The notes under the pieces were generated by a model. It was not told the DNA's origin, did not search any database, and was given only the letters and a program-made list of their open reading frames with translations. This document shows, piece after piece, positions 55,801 through 64,000 of a stretch of 64,000 nucleotides of DNA. The first letter of the stretch is position 1. Every line of letters begins with the position of its first letter. The position numbers and the translations under genes are program-made. The stretch lies in NCBI GenBank assembly GCA_048213135.1, contig PS015009.1, forward strand, positions 1,178,001 to 1,242,000. Direction: 5' to 3'. The DNA comes from Reclinomonas americana ATCC 50394 (taxonomy: Eukaryota).

Positions 55801-58495
55801 TATTGGTGGCCGATTCCACCCACGCGGTAGATTGCTTTTGCATTAATCCACTGCAGTCATCACGGCCAATACCGAAGATGTCGCTTTTATAAGTAGCATG
55901 CGTGGGCCATATGGTGGTTCCGTTGGAGGATACATAATTACTGTTGCCTCCATCCAGCGGAATGCTGTATTTCACTGACAGGTAAGTATTGATCTTGCTG
56001 ATATCTGTGGCGGAAAGTGCACTGTTGTACACGATCAGCTCCGGGGATTGAAAAGAATTCCAGTTGCCATTGCCATCTGTCGAAAACACATCGGTACCTA
56101 TGCGGAAAGAACTTCCGTCGAGTACCAGGCCCGCAGTGGTATTATTGGTATAAGCAACGGTACCATTTGTTCTTAATACAGCCTGTGTGCCGCTGGCGGT
56201 ATGGCTGTACAGACCCAGTTGTGCCATGGTCACAGTTCCTGTTCCTGAATTGGCAGCGGTACCTGCACCGAAGGCGGCATAGTTGCTACCGGAAAGTGTT
56301 GTCGTGGGATTTTCCCAACGATGAGCATTAACGTCGCTTCCTGATCCACCCAGGGTGATGATCTCATCAAAAGCAACCCCTGACACACCGGTACCTTTCA
56401 ATACATAAAACTCGCCATAGGTATTATCGCCATTCATGCCGAGTGCCGATGTACTGGACAAAAACTGGTTATCTGCTCCTGAAAAAGAAATGGCTGGATT
56501 ATAGTTAAATAAATTGGCCGTCTTCACTACATTATTGGAAGCTGTTCTGGTGAGATGATTTACATTCGGACTAAGGTCATTCCACTGGGCCACGTTACCG
56601 GCAGCCAGCGCCGCGTCATCTGCTTTTGACCATAGGGTAAGCCCATTGCTTACACCACCCGGAGCTATTACCGCCCAGGCAAAAGTGATTACGGCCCCAT
56701 CAGGAATAGTTACATTATTAAAGGTGGCAACACCATTGACAACCGAAGCGGCGGGGTATGTGCTGACAGTACCTGTGGTAAAATCGCCATCCTTATCTGT
56801 ATCTACCAATAGGGAAAGCCCCGATGCGCTACCGGGAAATAAATAAGCGCTGCTGCCTGCCTGGATGGTAACGGCACCGGGGTTACCGGTTACCTGCGCT
56901 TTCCATTCCCGTGTAAGGCGGTTTACCGTGCAACCCGCTGTTGTAGCGAAGGTGGTTGGTATTTCTGTTGTTTGCGAAGCGAGGGCACCGTTATTGTCGC
57001 CTACTATTAAATAATCGCCATCGGCAATGGTACCGCTGTTGGCTGCATTGGTAGTGGCGATAGCGCCTTTTGACATGACAAGAAAATCGTATCCTGCCAA
57101 TGATGCCATCTGGCTCTGGCTTTGCTTCTGGTTAAGCGCTTCGGCTGCCAGCTCACGGCCGATACCGAAAATACGGTTGCTGTAACCGGTATTGATGGCC
57201 AGGCTGAAGATCGCGGTACCTGAAGTATTGATATAATCCTGTGCCAGTGTAATACCATATTTCACGGCCAGGTAGGTGTTTACTTTTTGCTCTTGTATGG
57301 CACTGAGGGCGAAGGGGTAATAGATGGCTTCCGGCACCTGTGCCCCGTCCATATTGGAAAGCTTAAGCCCCTGCGCTTCAAAATCCGCATCTAATGTAAA
57401 ATTACCGGTAGATCCGGCATTGCCATTATGCCGCATATAAAGCGGGTTGGTGGTGGCTGATGCAGCCGCGCCGATTGCCTGGTCCAATTTTCCGCCCAGC
57501 AATTTGGGCTCATTGGCGGTATAGGCAGATGCATTAAAAATACCGTCGCCGCTAACGGCGAGCTCGTTGCCTGTAGCATCCCTTTTCCAGAAGCCGAAAC
57601 GCTGCCCATTTGTATTATCACCGTGATAAAACATCCAGGTGGCCGCTTGCGCCGCATTGGAAGTATAATTATTAACGAGGAACATGGTTTTGGTAGCTCC
57701 TCTCAGGCTTATGCCTTTCTGTAAAGTCTTTCCCTCAAATTCATCATCGCCGTCAAAATTGACAGCGGGGTTAAAATTGACCAACTGGGCATTATTGTAC
57801 CGGCCTGCGCCGCCGCCGCCGCTGTAGATCATGTTACCGTTGCCCGCATAGTCCGGCGCTTTATTGGTGAGGGAGTTCACTTTATCTATCCCTGCACCGA
57901 AAAGGTTAGCGGACACACTGGCATCGGTAGCTTTGTACCAGGCGGTAAGTTTACTGTTATCAGAACGAACAAAACGGCCATCAATATCGGTGGCTGCGCT
58001 GATACCGGGCCCTGCAGTGAATTGCAATGCAGCGGAATTGGCACCGCCCAGCTCATAATATTTCACTTTAATGGTATGATCGCCGGCTGTTAAGCTGGAC
58101 GTAAAGGTCAGCGTGGTATTATTGGCCGAGCCCCTTAAGACACCGTCAATATATACTGCGATCTGATCATCACCGGAATACCTGAAGGTATAGGTACCTG
58201 TAGTTGTGATCTCCAGCGTACCGGTGTATTCCAGGCCGTAGTAATCAGCATCTACCGGGATAAATTCGGTGCCGGTGATTTTGTTGCTGTAAGCCGATCT
58301 GTCCGGCGTGGACTTGACGGTTCCTCCAACCCCAAACTGGGATACGTTGGAATAGGTGCCATCGAAGTAATCGACTTTGTAGCCACGGGTGGTACCGGTA
58401 GAGACACCGCCGGGGTATTGTGCCTGAACCGATGTGTGGACGTTGATTGCAACCACAACCAGGAGCAGGTTTACAAGTAAATTTTTCAGTTTCAC
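49832..58495 (-). CDS. Giant T9SS-secreted repeat protein (5 LamG-like/beta-sandwich modules, 2 PA14 domains, type A CTD); GTG start
   Basis: Signal peptide; five (N/H)(T/S)YL..K...L...GIG.D...Q.QS modules; C-terminal LP....F...L.W....E...YRLK.VD.DG...YS, then IYPNP CTD. Confidence 0.9.
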   Translation of the reverse strand: MKLKNLLVNLLLVVVAINVHTSVQAQYPGGVSTGTTRGYKVDYFDGTYSNVSQFGVGGTVKSTPDRSAYSNKITGTEFIPVDADYYGLEYTGTLEITTTGTYTFRYSGDDQIAVYIDGVLRGSANNTTLTFTSSLTAGDHTIKVKYYELGGANSAALQFTAGPGISAATDIDGRFVRSDNSKLTAWYKATDASVSANLFGAGIDKVNSLTNKAPDYAGNGNMIYSGGGGAGRYNNAQLVNFNPAVNFDGDDEFEGKTLQKGISLRGATKTMFLVNNYTSNAAQAATWMFYHGDNTNGQRFGFWKRDATGNELAVSGDGIFNASAYTANEPKLLGGKLDQAIGAAASATTNPLYMRHNGNAGSTGNFTLDADFEAQGLKLSNMDGAQVPEAIYYPFALSAIQEQKVNTYLAVKYGITLAQDYINTSGTAIFSLAINTGYSNRIFGIGRELAAEALNQKQSQSQMASLAGYDFLVMSKGAIATTNAANSGTIADGDYLIVGDNNGALASQTTEIPTTFATTAGCTVNRLTREWKAQVTGNPGAVTIQAGSSAYLFPGSASGLSLLVDTDKDGDFTTGTVSTYPAASVVNGVATFNNVTIPDGAVITFAWAVIAPGGVSNGLTLWSKADDAALAAGNVAQWNDLSPNVNHLTRTASNNVVKTANLFNYNPAISFSGADNQFLSSTSALGMNGDNTYGEFYVLKGTGVSGVAFDEIITLGGSGSDVNAHRWENPTTTLSGSNYAAFGAGTAANSGTGTVTMAQLGLYSHTASGTQAVLRTNGTVAYTNNTTAGLVLDGSSFRIGTDVFSTDGNGNWNSFQSPELIVYNSALSATDISKINTYLSVKYSIPLDGGNSNYVSSNGTTIWPTHATYKSDIFGIGRDDCSGLMQKQSTAWVESATNNLRIALGSLAADNLSNTSSFAANNQFLMVGHNGLALTAVNTGIPATYTSCNANRYQRTWKAVNTGSVTGVQLIFGSSTSPVPGNWTNIQLAIDADGDGNFTNSAVTLVSPATVNGGAVTFNNITIPDGATFTLLFTIGYPGGINSPATGTATIGGVPYINGAAYTLYTTPGGATRDLIAAKLGTGTDVLKGSGYLNNMQIATVSSMISARLTTNYGIVLKTKVLAPRTGNYQFRAVANTDDQLAVVINDGVTDITALNITAFTNTNVTSVPVISLTAGQYYDLTVYFAGAGTPNTYNLQWDGAVAGTFAAIPDASLFVRPQGPSAWFMSDDNQLAIQADGTNMGGATWYDLSGNKNHVTGSGDPTYYSTNTTYTRNYNPSIYFTADYFNKTSNYLDGFTYGQMGKSVIAMGANNNNATETIYTGYGNDAFTGSNFGLSRQGGGNAGKLLLYTSGNNLLEPTAFYNSATVTHDIIGGILAANGNASLYANGASRASATLGTAINTRFNDNAEFHIGLGPDYSNSYTQNLNEVLYYPWNLSAIEQQKINSYLAIKWGITLDQTVPTDYLASDGVTKIWNAGTGGVFKYDITGIGRDDCGALNQKQSTSTDGTDIISIGKGAVKATNASNTNAFANDKNFLVFANNNASITTSNTTNMPAGLTGCYVKINREWQVQTVGTPGTVNIEVGKQGLFSINASNYKPVLIISGTAGDYIGATVIMNDSVRRGKAYFSNVNFSNGQYFTLAYINAAPGGVTSNMTVWFNADYDMFTDAAQTTYAENDGDAVASMNNMKFGATIGKVEQVNSGYNPVYRPGKFNYNTGVLFDGVDDVLATAGNVNTTDFRTSTTMTSVLAGYNVGGVSNNVFWYHDDNAGNVKTALERNQAFWGNTIGLSRTPTLTDPEIYTFANTTGTGYRLLSNLKTVGSGLATSTATTNGRFRIGSNLLTGGGNPGNFFLGEFVIYNDDKGAANSTPMRQIHSYLATKYGFTLDSTAVGNAYLASNGTTATYNYTNFWNRITGIGRDDCSAFEQKQSFSQETTGALVKISNDPAGLAATNAANPVTFANNFSFLLFGDNNKSLTWTGVDKVPGNLVRLNRVWRVKETGTVNTVYLQVPASTSSATYKLPAADISTVYLLVSHTGNFKAPDATIEMTPNGTDLSVTYDFADGDYYTFASQKSCIAPAGISDGLTSWYKTDNKGTGALASFADETGSHTLAKVGATTVNINAGTAASNYNRTLTLTSGVYFEKTGLSESSVVAANQGAFFAVGNTKTALFGLSRASYIAAGVVGTNSIFANINSSSATFDAAHETGKADVWINWQAPSLSSGRLGATVNGYTNFWNGGSLNIIANNTYGLRIGAAYVTAGGAASGSLLAGNNTFLEGFTYNRELTGAELLNLNTYLAIKNGQTLTHNYYSPDYDGTNAATATIYDVSTYGTRVFGVGIDSVGCFSQNQSSSVLPGSMLKMSVDGAILSENSKDMSKFAGDRTYVIAGDDNAAVSSWTTGLEVPAYYTTGNSCTVPQRITREWKVRGLGNDQTVLITIPDASSAAVTKLPVLPAGATKVYMIVNGVADFTTNIGQVEIPMTLNATSKEWEAPYNFPAGAYQYITFVTKPDIASLQPVLVTSGAQEASIGNCTADPYIYYKGSVNTTKAIIAVNPNGNTWSPASLTVDNQGTLTGGGGTFSNAGTGYYQSTDNALKTIRISKRLHTIVAPGSYPVNGGVVVRVYYTDADTMAMLTDPMPGTGILKSQGWFKAETASAQETVNNMVPGDLTAGAGITPTAWGVDQGVKYVEFQVNSFSSFGYYAKTTPYVLPITQLSFNGVKSGETKVNLEWKVANETQVHAYEVEYSLDGISFIRTGTVSPLNTPGTLTYRYTAPFYSPATFYRLKIVDMDGRYKYSDVLRFNAASQGTGSVKIYPNPVVQGNLTIQLDGYDKGATTRIIDPAGKTIRVLTLNNGKTRVDVSDLARGLYFLQIQNNNTYTLISEKLQIQ

Positions 58496-58541
58496 GTTGC
58501 TGTTTTTTATTGGTAAGAGATGTATTATAATTTCTGAGATA

Positions 58542-58613
58542 CAAAAGTATCTCGCGGGAAATCCTCATTTTATCCCGAAAAAGGGGGCTTATTACTCCAC
58601 CAATTTTAGGGTA
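58542..58613 (-). promoter_or_regulatory. Promoter of the giant gene with two 18-bp boxes
   Basis: CAAAAGTA 58542-58549; ATCCCGAAAAAGGGGGCT 58572-58589; TCCACCAATTTTAGGGTA 58596-58613. Confidence 0.55.
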
Positions 58614-58963
58614 CTGAGAAGGCTTTCTGACCTGTTGAACCAGGGGTATAAAAGCCAGCGCCGGCAAAACATGCCCGGCGCCGGTGCTGAACCGGTGAGA
58701 TCAGCAATTCAATACCTGATAAAACTATTCCCATTAAATGCTCAATATATAAGACTGAAAAACAGGGCTTTCCGTTGTAGAAAGCCTCCTTATAAGTTAA
58801 TGAGGTTTACTACATCTCTTTGGGGAGGGTGCGGCTTGGGAAGTAAAAGATGGCCGGTAAGTTTTCCCGCCGGGGTATGTATATAATAAGACAGGACCGC
58901 CTCTCAGCAGCCCTGTATGCAGTGATCCGTATCTTATATATAGAAGACAGTTGTATTCCGTAT

Positions 58964-60994
58964 TCAGTCAACCGGGAAGTTGCCGGAGATGGTGGTGCCC
59001 GTATCGGAACTTTGTATATCAACCGCACCACCCATGCCGGTCACCCGTTTGGCAATGCTCTCCAGCCCAATGCCCCGCATCACCTTGTTTTTGTCAAAGC
59101 CATGACCATTGTCCTGTATTTCAAAATGGCAGGTACCATGCCCGAACAGTACCCGTATCTCCAGCCGCGTAGCGTTCGCATGTTTGATCACATTCGACAC
59201 ACACTCTTTCGTGATGTGGTACAACTGGTCGTGCTGCGAAGTGGACAGGCGGTGTTTAATCCCTTCTTCATCTATTTTCAGCACCACATCCATCAGGTTC
59301 TTCTGCCGGAACTTCTGCTGCACATCCTTTAATAAGCCTGTCAGGCTGAAACGGGTTCTCCAGTCATTGGTTTTCAGGCTGTGCATGTACCCCCGGGCGT
59401 TGGTGTACACCGAACTTACTTCCGCTTCTATTTCACGGAGTGTTTTTTCCGGCTCACCGCTACCGGCTCTTTCCCGGAGGTCTGTTACAAAGAACTTCAG
59501 CGCCGCCAGTGAACTGCTCAGTTCGTCGTGCATATCATCGGATATTTGCCGGCGTTGTTCCAGAATGGCCGCCTGGAACTCCATGTTCAGCTCCATTTCC
59601 TGGGCAGACAGTTCTTTTTCCCGGAGTTCTTTTTCTATTCTTTCTCTTTCGGTAAGGGATACCTGTAATTGATGGTTCAGTACTTCTTTTCGCTTTACCA
59701 GTTTGCGGAGACGGGAGAGCAACCATACCGATAAAACAATACCTATTAAAAGAACAGATCCGATCAATACCGCCGCGGTTGTTTTATTCTGCTGAATGCG
59801 GTTGTCGCGTTGTAATAATTGGGTCTGATATTGCTTGTCCTGCTTTTCGTACTCCAGCTGCGGGTCGTTTGCCCGGGCAGAATTCCTGTCTCTGAATACC
59901 GAATCCATAACGGCAACACGCTTTTTCAGAAAGTAGACCTGTTCCTGCAGGTTGCCATAGCGTTCTCCCATATCTGCACGCAGACGATAATAACTGGCCC
60001 TTCTCATGATTGGTAATCTTTCTACATAGGGTTCAATTTTTTTAACCAGGAGGGCAACAGAGTCATTCCGGCCTTTCTTAAAATAGACTTTGGCCAGCTC
60101 GAACAGGTTATCGGCCAGCATTACTGTATCGCTCACCATCATCGACGCTTTAACGCCTTTATTAAAAGATTCAGCGGATGCGTCCAGATTACCAGTTTCA
60201 CGATATGCTATTCCGAGGTTAACATAAATATTTGCCAGGCTATTATAAAAGAAAAGTGAATTAGGTTTTTGGGCCTGGTAAGCGATAACAAACTGAACAG
60301 CCTGCTGATGGTAGTAGACGGCGCTGTCGGGTTTACCATAGTTCCGGTAAAAGAAGCCCAAATCATCCAGTACCCTTTGTTTGCGAAAATAATACATGTC
60401 TTCACAGCCCTCTACATAGCCAAGTGCCTCTTTGGTTAATACAATAGCGTTTCTATAATCAATTTGATGGAAAAGGACATCAGCAAATAAACGGACCACA
60501 TCGTAAAGGAAACAGGTATCCTTTAATATCATTCCATACACACGGGCTTCTGCCATCACTCTTTTGGCTTTCTCATATTGTCTTTTTTGGAAAAAATATT
60601 GGCCTGTGTTCACCAACGCCTCCGCATAAACCTTTTGTGCCTCATGTACCGGCTTGCCTTTTTTAATCAATGCAGCTAAGGTATCTATGTAGGGAAGCGG
60701 TAAGGGTGCAGTAGAATCTGAGGTGTACGGAGGATCCGTGGTAATTATTCGGAGTTTCTCTTTGTAATAGAAAACCTGATCTGTTAAACCGGGTGAAGAT
60801 ATTTTCTGGTAGCATGAATCCAGATACCCTAACGCTTTTTCAAGGCCTTCTTTTCTTCCAACACTATCCCATTGGTGAAAAATATTCCTGTCGAAGCTTA
60901 GGGGTTTTGCGTCGGGCTTAGAATTACAGGCAGCAAAAAAATATATTGCCAGTAACAATTGGAGTGCGGGTTTGTAGTAGTTTACATATTTCAT
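58964..60994 (-). CDS. TPR-containing HisKA_3 (NarX/UhpB-like) sensor kinase
   Basis: TPR-like N-terminal region, one TM, ISDDMHDEL, ECVSNVIKHA, DNGHGF, GIGL. Confidence 0.92.
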   Translation of the reverse strand: MKYVNYYKPALQLLLAIYFFAACNSKPDAKPLSFDRNIFHQWDSVGRKEGLEKALGYLDSCYQKISSPGLTDQVFYYKEKLRIITTDPPYTSDSTAPLPLPYIDTLAALIKKGKPVHEAQKVYAEALVNTGQYFFQKRQYEKAKRVMAEARVYGMILKDTCFLYDVVRLFADVLFHQIDYRNAIVLTKEALGYVEGCEDMYYFRKQRVLDDLGFFYRNYGKPDSAVYYHQQAVQFVIAYQAQKPNSLFFYNSLANIYVNLGIAYRETGNLDASAESFNKGVKASMMVSDTVMLADNLFELAKVYFKKGRNDSVALLVKKIEPYVERLPIMRRASYYRLRADMGERYGNLQEQVYFLKKRVAVMDSVFRDRNSARANDPQLEYEKQDKQYQTQLLQRDNRIQQNKTTAAVLIGSVLLIGIVLSVWLLSRLRKLVKRKEVLNHQLQVSLTERERIEKELREKELSAQEMELNMEFQAAILEQRRQISDDMHDELSSSLAALKFFVTDLRERAGSGEPEKTLREIEAEVSSVYTNARGYMHSLKTNDWRTRFSLTGLLKDVQQKFRQKNLMDVVLKIDEEGIKHRLSTSQHDQLYHITKECVSNVIKHANATRLEIRVLFGHGTCHFEIQDNGHGFDKNKVMRGIGLESIAKRVTGMGGAVDIQSSDTGTTISGNFPVD

Positions 60995-61660
60995 ATGCTT
61001 GGCTTACATAATTTTTGATCCCCGTTGTAACATGTACATTCGGTGACACCTCCCCGGGGCGGGAAAAATGAACAATGTGTTCTTAAAGAAGAGGTCTTTC
61101 CGCATTGGCGGCAGGCTGGATAAGAATAGAGGCTGGCAGGCCAGGTAGTTGATGGATTGGTATCCGCTTTCGGAGTGATACAGAGGCATATCATTCCGGC
61201 CCGGCAGGCAGGCGGATTCCAGCAGTGGCGACTGGCAGCTCAACAGGACGATTTTACCTTTACGCACAGTATTCATTTTAATCATGATTGCGGCGCGTGA
61301 ACAAAGCGTTGCAACCTGGCAAACTACTTACCAGGATTATGATATTCCGAATGGTGCAATAAGGTGCGGAAGAATAGTTTGTAATGGATTCAAACTTCTA
61401 CCTGAATGCTGTAAGCGTGCATCACCATAAATCAAAGGTAACTTACCTGCTTAAAAATTATCTTCCCTATATTCAGGTAGTTTTGGCCATATTTTTTATC
61501 GAATTTATTACACTAAATAGTATGGTTAAAAAAGTCTTTTCATTGGCGCTGTACTTATGACAAACAAACAAGAGGCCGGGTCATCTCTTTTTTTATCACA
61601 ACGAGTTTGTTTCTTTTGAAATCGGCTATTGTATGAATTCCTGCGTTTTCGATTACATTT

Positions 61661-61678
61661 TACACCAAAATTGGTGTA
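61661..61678. promoter_or_regulatory. Near-perfect 18-bp palindrome upstream of the first regulator
   Basis: TACACCAA-AA-TTGGTGTA. Confidence 0.55.
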
Positions 61679-61807
61679 GTAAATTTTGCAGATTCAGTGT
61701 ACCAAATTTTCTGTCAAAAAAGGCTGTACAAGTTCCCGCTAAAGTGTATTGTATTTACTACCTTGAGCCTGCAACAGGCTTTCCTGATCTAAAAGTTATA
61801 CTTTTTT

Positions 61808-62455
61808 ATGGAAAATTCCAAGCTGAAAATTATCCTGATTGACGACCACGTCCTGCTCACCCAATCGCTTGAAAAATTGCTTTCCAAATACGATTTCATA
61901 GGTGAGATCATTTTGTTTAAGTCTGCAGAGGAGTTTCTCAGCCAGGCTGAAACACTTTTTCCGGATGTTGTGATAAGCGATATCCTGATGTCGGGCAAAA
62001 GTGGCATAGATCTGCTGATAGAATATAAAAAGATCCGTAAGGACTGTAAGTTCATTTTCCTTACTTCGATTGTGGAAGTGCAAACCATCCGTCATGCCAT
62101 GCGCAATGGCGCCAGCGGCTACCTGTCAAAAGATACCAGCCCCGATGAACTGGCCGACTGCATACTGGCCGTGCACGGCGGCGATTCCTATATCGGGGAA
62201 AACCTCAGGAATGCGCTCATCAGGAATTCTTTTGCAGAAGACCGCTTTGTATATAATCTTTCGCCCCGCGAAAAGGAACTGCTCAACCAGGTTTGCTCCG
62301 GAAAAACGATCAAAGAAGCCGCATATGATATGGGCCTGAGTGTAAACACTGTTCAAACCTATTATAAATCCGTATTAAAGAAATTCAATCTCAACCGTAC
62401 AGCAGATCTTATTGTTTTTGCCATTCAAAACGGGTTGTATAACCCTCAGAAATAA
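61808..62455 (+). CDS. NarL/LuxR-family response regulator (canonical receiver)
   Basis: IDDH, VISD, FLTS, GYLSK, LSPREKE HTH. Confidence 0.93.
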   Translation: MENSKLKIILIDDHVLLTQSLEKLLSKYDFIGEIILFKSAEEFLSQAETLFPDVVISDILMSGKSGIDLLIEYKKIRKDCKFIFLTSIVEVQTIRHAMRNGASGYLSKDTSPDELADCILAVHGGDSYIGENLRNALIRNSFAEDRFVYNLSPREKELLNQVCSGKTIKEAAYDMGLSVNTVQTYYKSVLKKFNLNRTADLIVFAIQNGLYNPQK

Positions 62456-62520
62456 ATGTCGTAATCGTGTATACCCGGCCTGATTTTAAGTTAGCCCTCC
62501 TACTTACTTATTGTAACAAC

Positions 62521-62568
62521 TACTCCCAATTTAGGGTAGTAAAATCAGGTACATCTTATTGATTTTTG
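62521..62568 (+). promoter_or_regulatory. 18-bp box plus variant -7 element upstream of the second regulator
   Basis: TACTCCCAATTTAGGGTA 62521-62538; GATTTTTG 62561-62568. Confidence 0.55.
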
Positions 62569-62573
62569 TATTC

Positions 62574-63251
62574 ATGGAAACACAAAGAATTGATCCGCCA
62601 ACCCTCCTGATCGCAGATAACCAGCGACTCTTTGCCGAAGCCATAGCCTACATGCTTTCCTGCCTGCGTCCCGACTGGATGCTGGAAGTATGTACCTCCG
62701 CATCCGACCTGAAAAATAAACTGGCCGGAAATATGCCGGGTATCGTTTTAATGGAGATAGCGATGAGAGATATCAATGGGCTTGACTACATCAGGGAACT
62801 CAGGAAAAAGAATATCCGCCCCCTTGTCCTCAGTCATGTTACGAATGCCAAAGCCATTCGTGCGGCCATCAAGAACGGGGCGCAGGGTTACTTCAGCAAA
62901 ACCACCACCGCAGAGGAACTGGTTAATGGTATTGTTTCCGTGATGCAGGGGGAGTGTTATATCGGGGAGGACCTGAAAAAGGGTTTGATCTCCAGCGTGC
63001 TCTCTGAAGAAAGCATTCAATTCAGCAACCTTTCTCCGCGGGAAAAAGAGGTGCTGCAAAAGATCTGTTCAGGGAAAACGATCAAGGAAGCCGCGGCGGA
63101 AATGGAGCTTAGTCCCAATACGCTGAAAACTTATTACAGGGCCATACTGAAAAAATTCAACCTGAACCGTGCATCCGACCTTATTGTAATGGCCCTTAAA
63201 CACGGGCTTTATGTGCCTGCCCCCGGGTACTCCGGCACGCCTGTACGATAA
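62574..63251 (+). CDS. NarL/LuxR-family regulator with atypical receiver (phosphoacceptor D replaced by E)
   Basis: IADNQ instead of IDDH, IVLMEI instead of V..DI; HTH highly similar to the upstream paralog. Confidence 0.9.
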   Translation: METQRIDPPTLLIADNQRLFAEAIAYMLSCLRPDWMLEVCTSASDLKNKLAGNMPGIVLMEIAMRDINGLDYIRELRKKNIRPLVLSHVTNAKAIRAAIKNGAQGYFSKTTTAEELVNGIVSVMQGECYIGEDLKKGLISSVLSEESIQFSNLSPREKEVLQKICSGKTIKEAAAEMELSPNTLKTYYRAILKKFNLNRASDLIVMALKHGLYVPAPGYSGTPVR

Positions 63252-63317
63252 CCCGCTTTTGTTTCCTTAAGCAGGGGTAAACGGATCGTGAATTCATCTT
63301 ACACAGGAAGAAAAATA

Positions 63318-63342
63318 AAAAACCCGGTCGCCCGGGTTTTAT
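63318..63342. terminator. Bidirectional intrinsic terminator
   Basis: AAAAAACCCGG-TCGC-CCGGGTTTT between convergent genes. Confidence 0.8.
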
Positions 63343-63366
63343 TGTATGCTATAATCAGTTTAGTTT

Positions 63367-64000
63367 TTATCCATTCATAGATGTCAGGAACTCCGCATTG
63401 TCTTTTGTTCCTTTCATGTTCTTCAGCAGCAGGTTGATCGCTTCTTCGGGGTTCATATCCGCCATGTGCTTGCGCAGTACCCACATGCGCTGGAAGGTAT
63501 CTTTGTCCAGCAGCAGGTCGTCGCGGCGTGTAGAAGAAGATACGATGTCGATAGCAGGATAGATACGCCTGTTAGACAGTTTGCGTTCCAGCTGCAGTTC
63601 CATGTTACCGGTACCTTTGAATTCTTCGAAGATCACCTCATCCATTTTACTGCCGGTATCCACGAGGGCGGTAGCGATGATGGTGAGTGAACCGCCGTTC
63701 TCGATCTTACGGGCGGCGCCGAAGAATTGTTTGGGCTTTTGCATGGCGTTGGCTTCCACACCACCACTGAGTACTTTACCACTGGAAGGCGCTACGGTAT
63801 TGTGTGCACGGGCCAGGCGGGTAATGCTGTCGAGCAGGATCACCACATCATGACCGCACTCCACCAGGCGCTTCGCTTTTTGCAGAGCGATGGTAGATAC
63901 TTTAACGTGTTTTTCCGCCGGTTCATCGAAGGTAGACGCAATCACTTCCGCTTTCACGCTGCGTTCCATATCGGTCACCTCTTCCGGCCTTTCATCCACC
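63367..64000 (-). CDS. rho: Transcription termination factor Rho, C-terminal part (gene begins beyond the window)
   Basis: [45 protein letters not shown]. Confidence 0.98.
   Translation of the reverse strand, partial: VDERPEEVTDMERSVKAEVIASTFDEPAEKHVKVSTIALQKAKRLVECGHDVVILLDSITRLARAHNTVAPSSGKVLSGGVEANAMQKPKQFFGAARKIENGGSLTIIATALVDTGSKMDEVIFEEFKGTGNMELQLERKLSNRRIYPAIDIVSSSTRRDDLLLDKDTFQRMWVLRKHMADMNPEEAINLLLKNMKGTKDNAEFLTSMNG

Noticed and set aside
1-64000. tRNA, rRNA, transposase, integrase or prophage genes
   Set aside because: None recognised by eye; tRNAscan-SE and ISEScan would be needed to exclude them formally.

Overview
This is a chromosomal window from a Bacteroidota bacterium, most likely Chitinophagaceae. 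The assignment is inferred from TAnnTTTG promoter elements, fused ccoNO, GLPGLI and IPExxxVDY proteins, and a T9SS cargo. Left to right it holds a microaerobic cbb3-oxidase and stress cluster, mqnC, nagA, an OmpR-type two-component system, a GLPGLI gene, a GH29 fucosidase and an outer-membrane beta-barrel gene. These are followed by a 3x172-bp repeat array, a SWIM-SNF2 helicase, comB, gcvT, padR-pspC, feoB, an M28 peptidase and mnmH-X-selD. The right end carries a 2887-aa T9SS repeat protein, a TPR histidine kinase, two NarL-type regulators and the 3' part of rho. Most of the unexplained structure is non-coding. Three promoter architectures recur with fixed spacing. (1) Five low-oxygen promoters carry twin TGAY-N4-RTCA boxes. 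(2) A TTAAC-repeat operator is shared by the GLPGLI and beta-barrel genes. (3) An 18-bp TACNCC-N6-RGKGTA operator links the giant T9SS gene, the kinase, a D-to-E pseudo-receiver regulator and a candidate ~130-nt sRNA. There is also a recurrent sense-strand UTR 13-mer and a REP-like palindrome family. All product calls come from motif recognition by eye; no database searches were run.
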